DNA of 64,000 nt, taken from NCBI RefSeq assembly GCF_026571515.1, contig NW_026859070.1, forward strand, positions 124,001 to 188,000. Reading direction: 5' to 3'. Made by a program: the position numbers and the translations under genes. The notes under the pieces were generated by a model. That model saw only the letters and a list, made by a program, of their open reading frames with translations, searched no databases and had not been told where the DNA came from. The stretch comes from Ruditapes philippinarum (lineage: Eukaryota). This document shows positions 62,266 through 64,000 of the stretch, piece by piece. Every line of letters begins with the position of its first letter. The first letter of the stretch is position 1.

Positions 62266-63292
62266 AACAAGCAAATATGTTGAATTTATATCCCCCGCCG
62301 AGTACTGTTTATTATTAACACAACAACCGAAAACATAAGGCTTTATTTATATATTAATCATGACATAAACAGAAATATTCTTTGAACTTGATAAATATTC
62401 AGGACAATAACAGAGCCATAACTTTGTGTTAAATAGTAAAATCTGGAAATGCCCATGAGTTGTATGCATACTACATAACTAATCAAGAGCCATAAATCTG
62501 AGTTATAAGTATCTGACTGGAACAAGGCGACTATATGCATATCTCCTCTTAGTATCCCATAAAGTTTCATTGAATTCCAGCCAGTAGTTGCAGAGAAGTA
62601 GCGAGGAAACAAATATTTTTCTATATGGATACTGCATAACTAAGCAATGGCCATAACTCTGAGCGGAACAAGCCGACGATATGCGCATCTCCTCTTGGTA
62701 TTGAAGGTTCCCATAAAGTTTCGTTGAATTCCAGCCAGTAGTTGCAGAGGACTACACCGGAAACGATTTTTACTCCATATGCATATTCCATAACTAATCA
62801 AGGGCCATTACTCTGTGTTAAAGTGTCTGACCGGAACAAGCCGACGATATGCGTATCTCATCTTGGTATTGATGATTCCCATAAAGTTTCGTTGAATTCA
62901 AGCCAGTAGTTGCAGAGAAGTAGTGCGGAAACGATTTTTTACTCAATATGCATACTACATAACTAATCAAGGGCTATAACTCTGAGTTAAAGTGTCTGAC
63001 CGGAACAAGCCGACGATATGCGCATCTCCTCTTGATATTGATGATTCCCATAAAGTTTCGTTGAATTCCAGCCATAACTCTGAGTTAAAGGGTCGGACCG
63101 GATCAAGCCGACGATATGCGCATCTCCTCTTGATATTGACGATTCCCATAAAGTTTCGTTGAATTCCAGCCAGTAGTTGCAGAGAACTACTCCGGAAACG
63201 AAATTCGGTTGGACGGATGGACGGATGGACGGACGGACGGACAACGCCAAAACTATACCCCCCTCCCGATTCCATCGGCGGGGGGAAATAAA
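62266..63292 (-). mobile_element. Helentron-associated (HINE-like) element with a (GTCC)n tract and a ~170-bp internal array
   Basis: On the minus strand: CCCCCGCCGATGGAATCGGGAGGGGG head, GTCC microsatellite, 4-5 monomers, and a tail CGGCGGGGGATAT...CTTGTT. It is inserted in a ~140-bp AT-rich tandem repeat. Confidence 0.75.
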
Positions 63293-64000
63293 AAGTGCAC
63301 ATTTGTTTTTTTGTTTATTTTTTTTTTTTGCATTGAAATAAATGTATTTCATTAAACATATTTACATTATCAAAATACATTTCTAGAAATGTGGTAAAAA
63401 GAGAAAAATACAATAATAATAAAAAAGTGCAACACGGGCACATTTGTTTTTTTGTTGATTTTTTTGCATTGAAATGAATTTATTTCATTAAACATATTTA
63501 CATAAAATTTATCACTCATAATTCTGAAATATTTATTATTATTTCAGAATACTTAACAAATTATCATTTAGAAAACTATATATTTTGTCCAGACACCTAT
63601 TGCTCCAAAAAGTAAGGAAAAAGCAACAACATTTAATATTCACAACAATTTCATAAATACAACAAGAAAACATTATTTATATACAGAGAGGTGTACAAAA
63701 TAAATTGAAAATAGCGACTTGAAAATCTTGATAATAAAAGAAGGAAGAAAAATAAGCACAAGAAAATGCCCTATTTAGACCCAAAAACAATGTTTTTCAT
63801 TTGAGAAATGTTGTTAAAAAAGTGACCAATTTTTCGGCGCCGCCCCCATCAAAATGTTCCATCAGGGGGTTGCCCGAGGGGGTTGAGCCCATTCTGTTTT
63901 GGGGGTGAAAGGGGGCGCGACACGTGCACATTTGACCTATATTTACAATAAAAATAAAACTTTGTTGGGTTAATAGAGTTTTATTATTGATGTGGGGGTA

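Noticed and set aside
62358-63352. ORFs with repeated LEFNETLW
   Set aside because: Translations of the satellite array of the HINE-like element.

Overview
AT-rich animal genomic DNA with spliceosomal introns. The repeat families suggest a bivalve mollusc, which is inference only. I built six gene models by hand from GT-AG junctions. (1-2) Two tandem minus-strand M14A procarboxypeptidases: copy 1 runs off the left edge, and copy 2 (10291-16632) is complete. (3) A 742-aa Ser/Thr-type kinase whose CDS lies in one exon (19150-21378). (4) An AADAC/NCEH1-like membrane-anchored esterase (23240-28027). (5-6) Two short PAK/STE20-like kinases made by a tandem segmental duplication (28631-40645 and 44037-47832). 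The main signal is that nearly every intact gene has altered catalytic or regulatory residues. Carboxypeptidase 2 carries E270Q, Y248S and R71E. The esterase has GDGSG in place of GDSAG. Both PAK-like kinases lack a visible CRIB/autoinhibitory domain and have Glu at the activation-loop Thr (PAK1 T423 equivalent). The large kinase has LND in place of HRD. The non-coding DNA is dense in transposons whose ends and target-site duplications (TSDs) can be read. These include a 1.19-kb foldback, a four-layer nested insertion in a PAK intron, a 6.3-kb decayed IS3EU-like element, Helentron-type satellite-bearing elements and several MITEs. The nested insertion is a tandem array, containing a LINE, containing a TGT..ACA element with an F-box-like ORF, containing an IS3EU-type MITE. 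There is one assembly gap (61348-61676).
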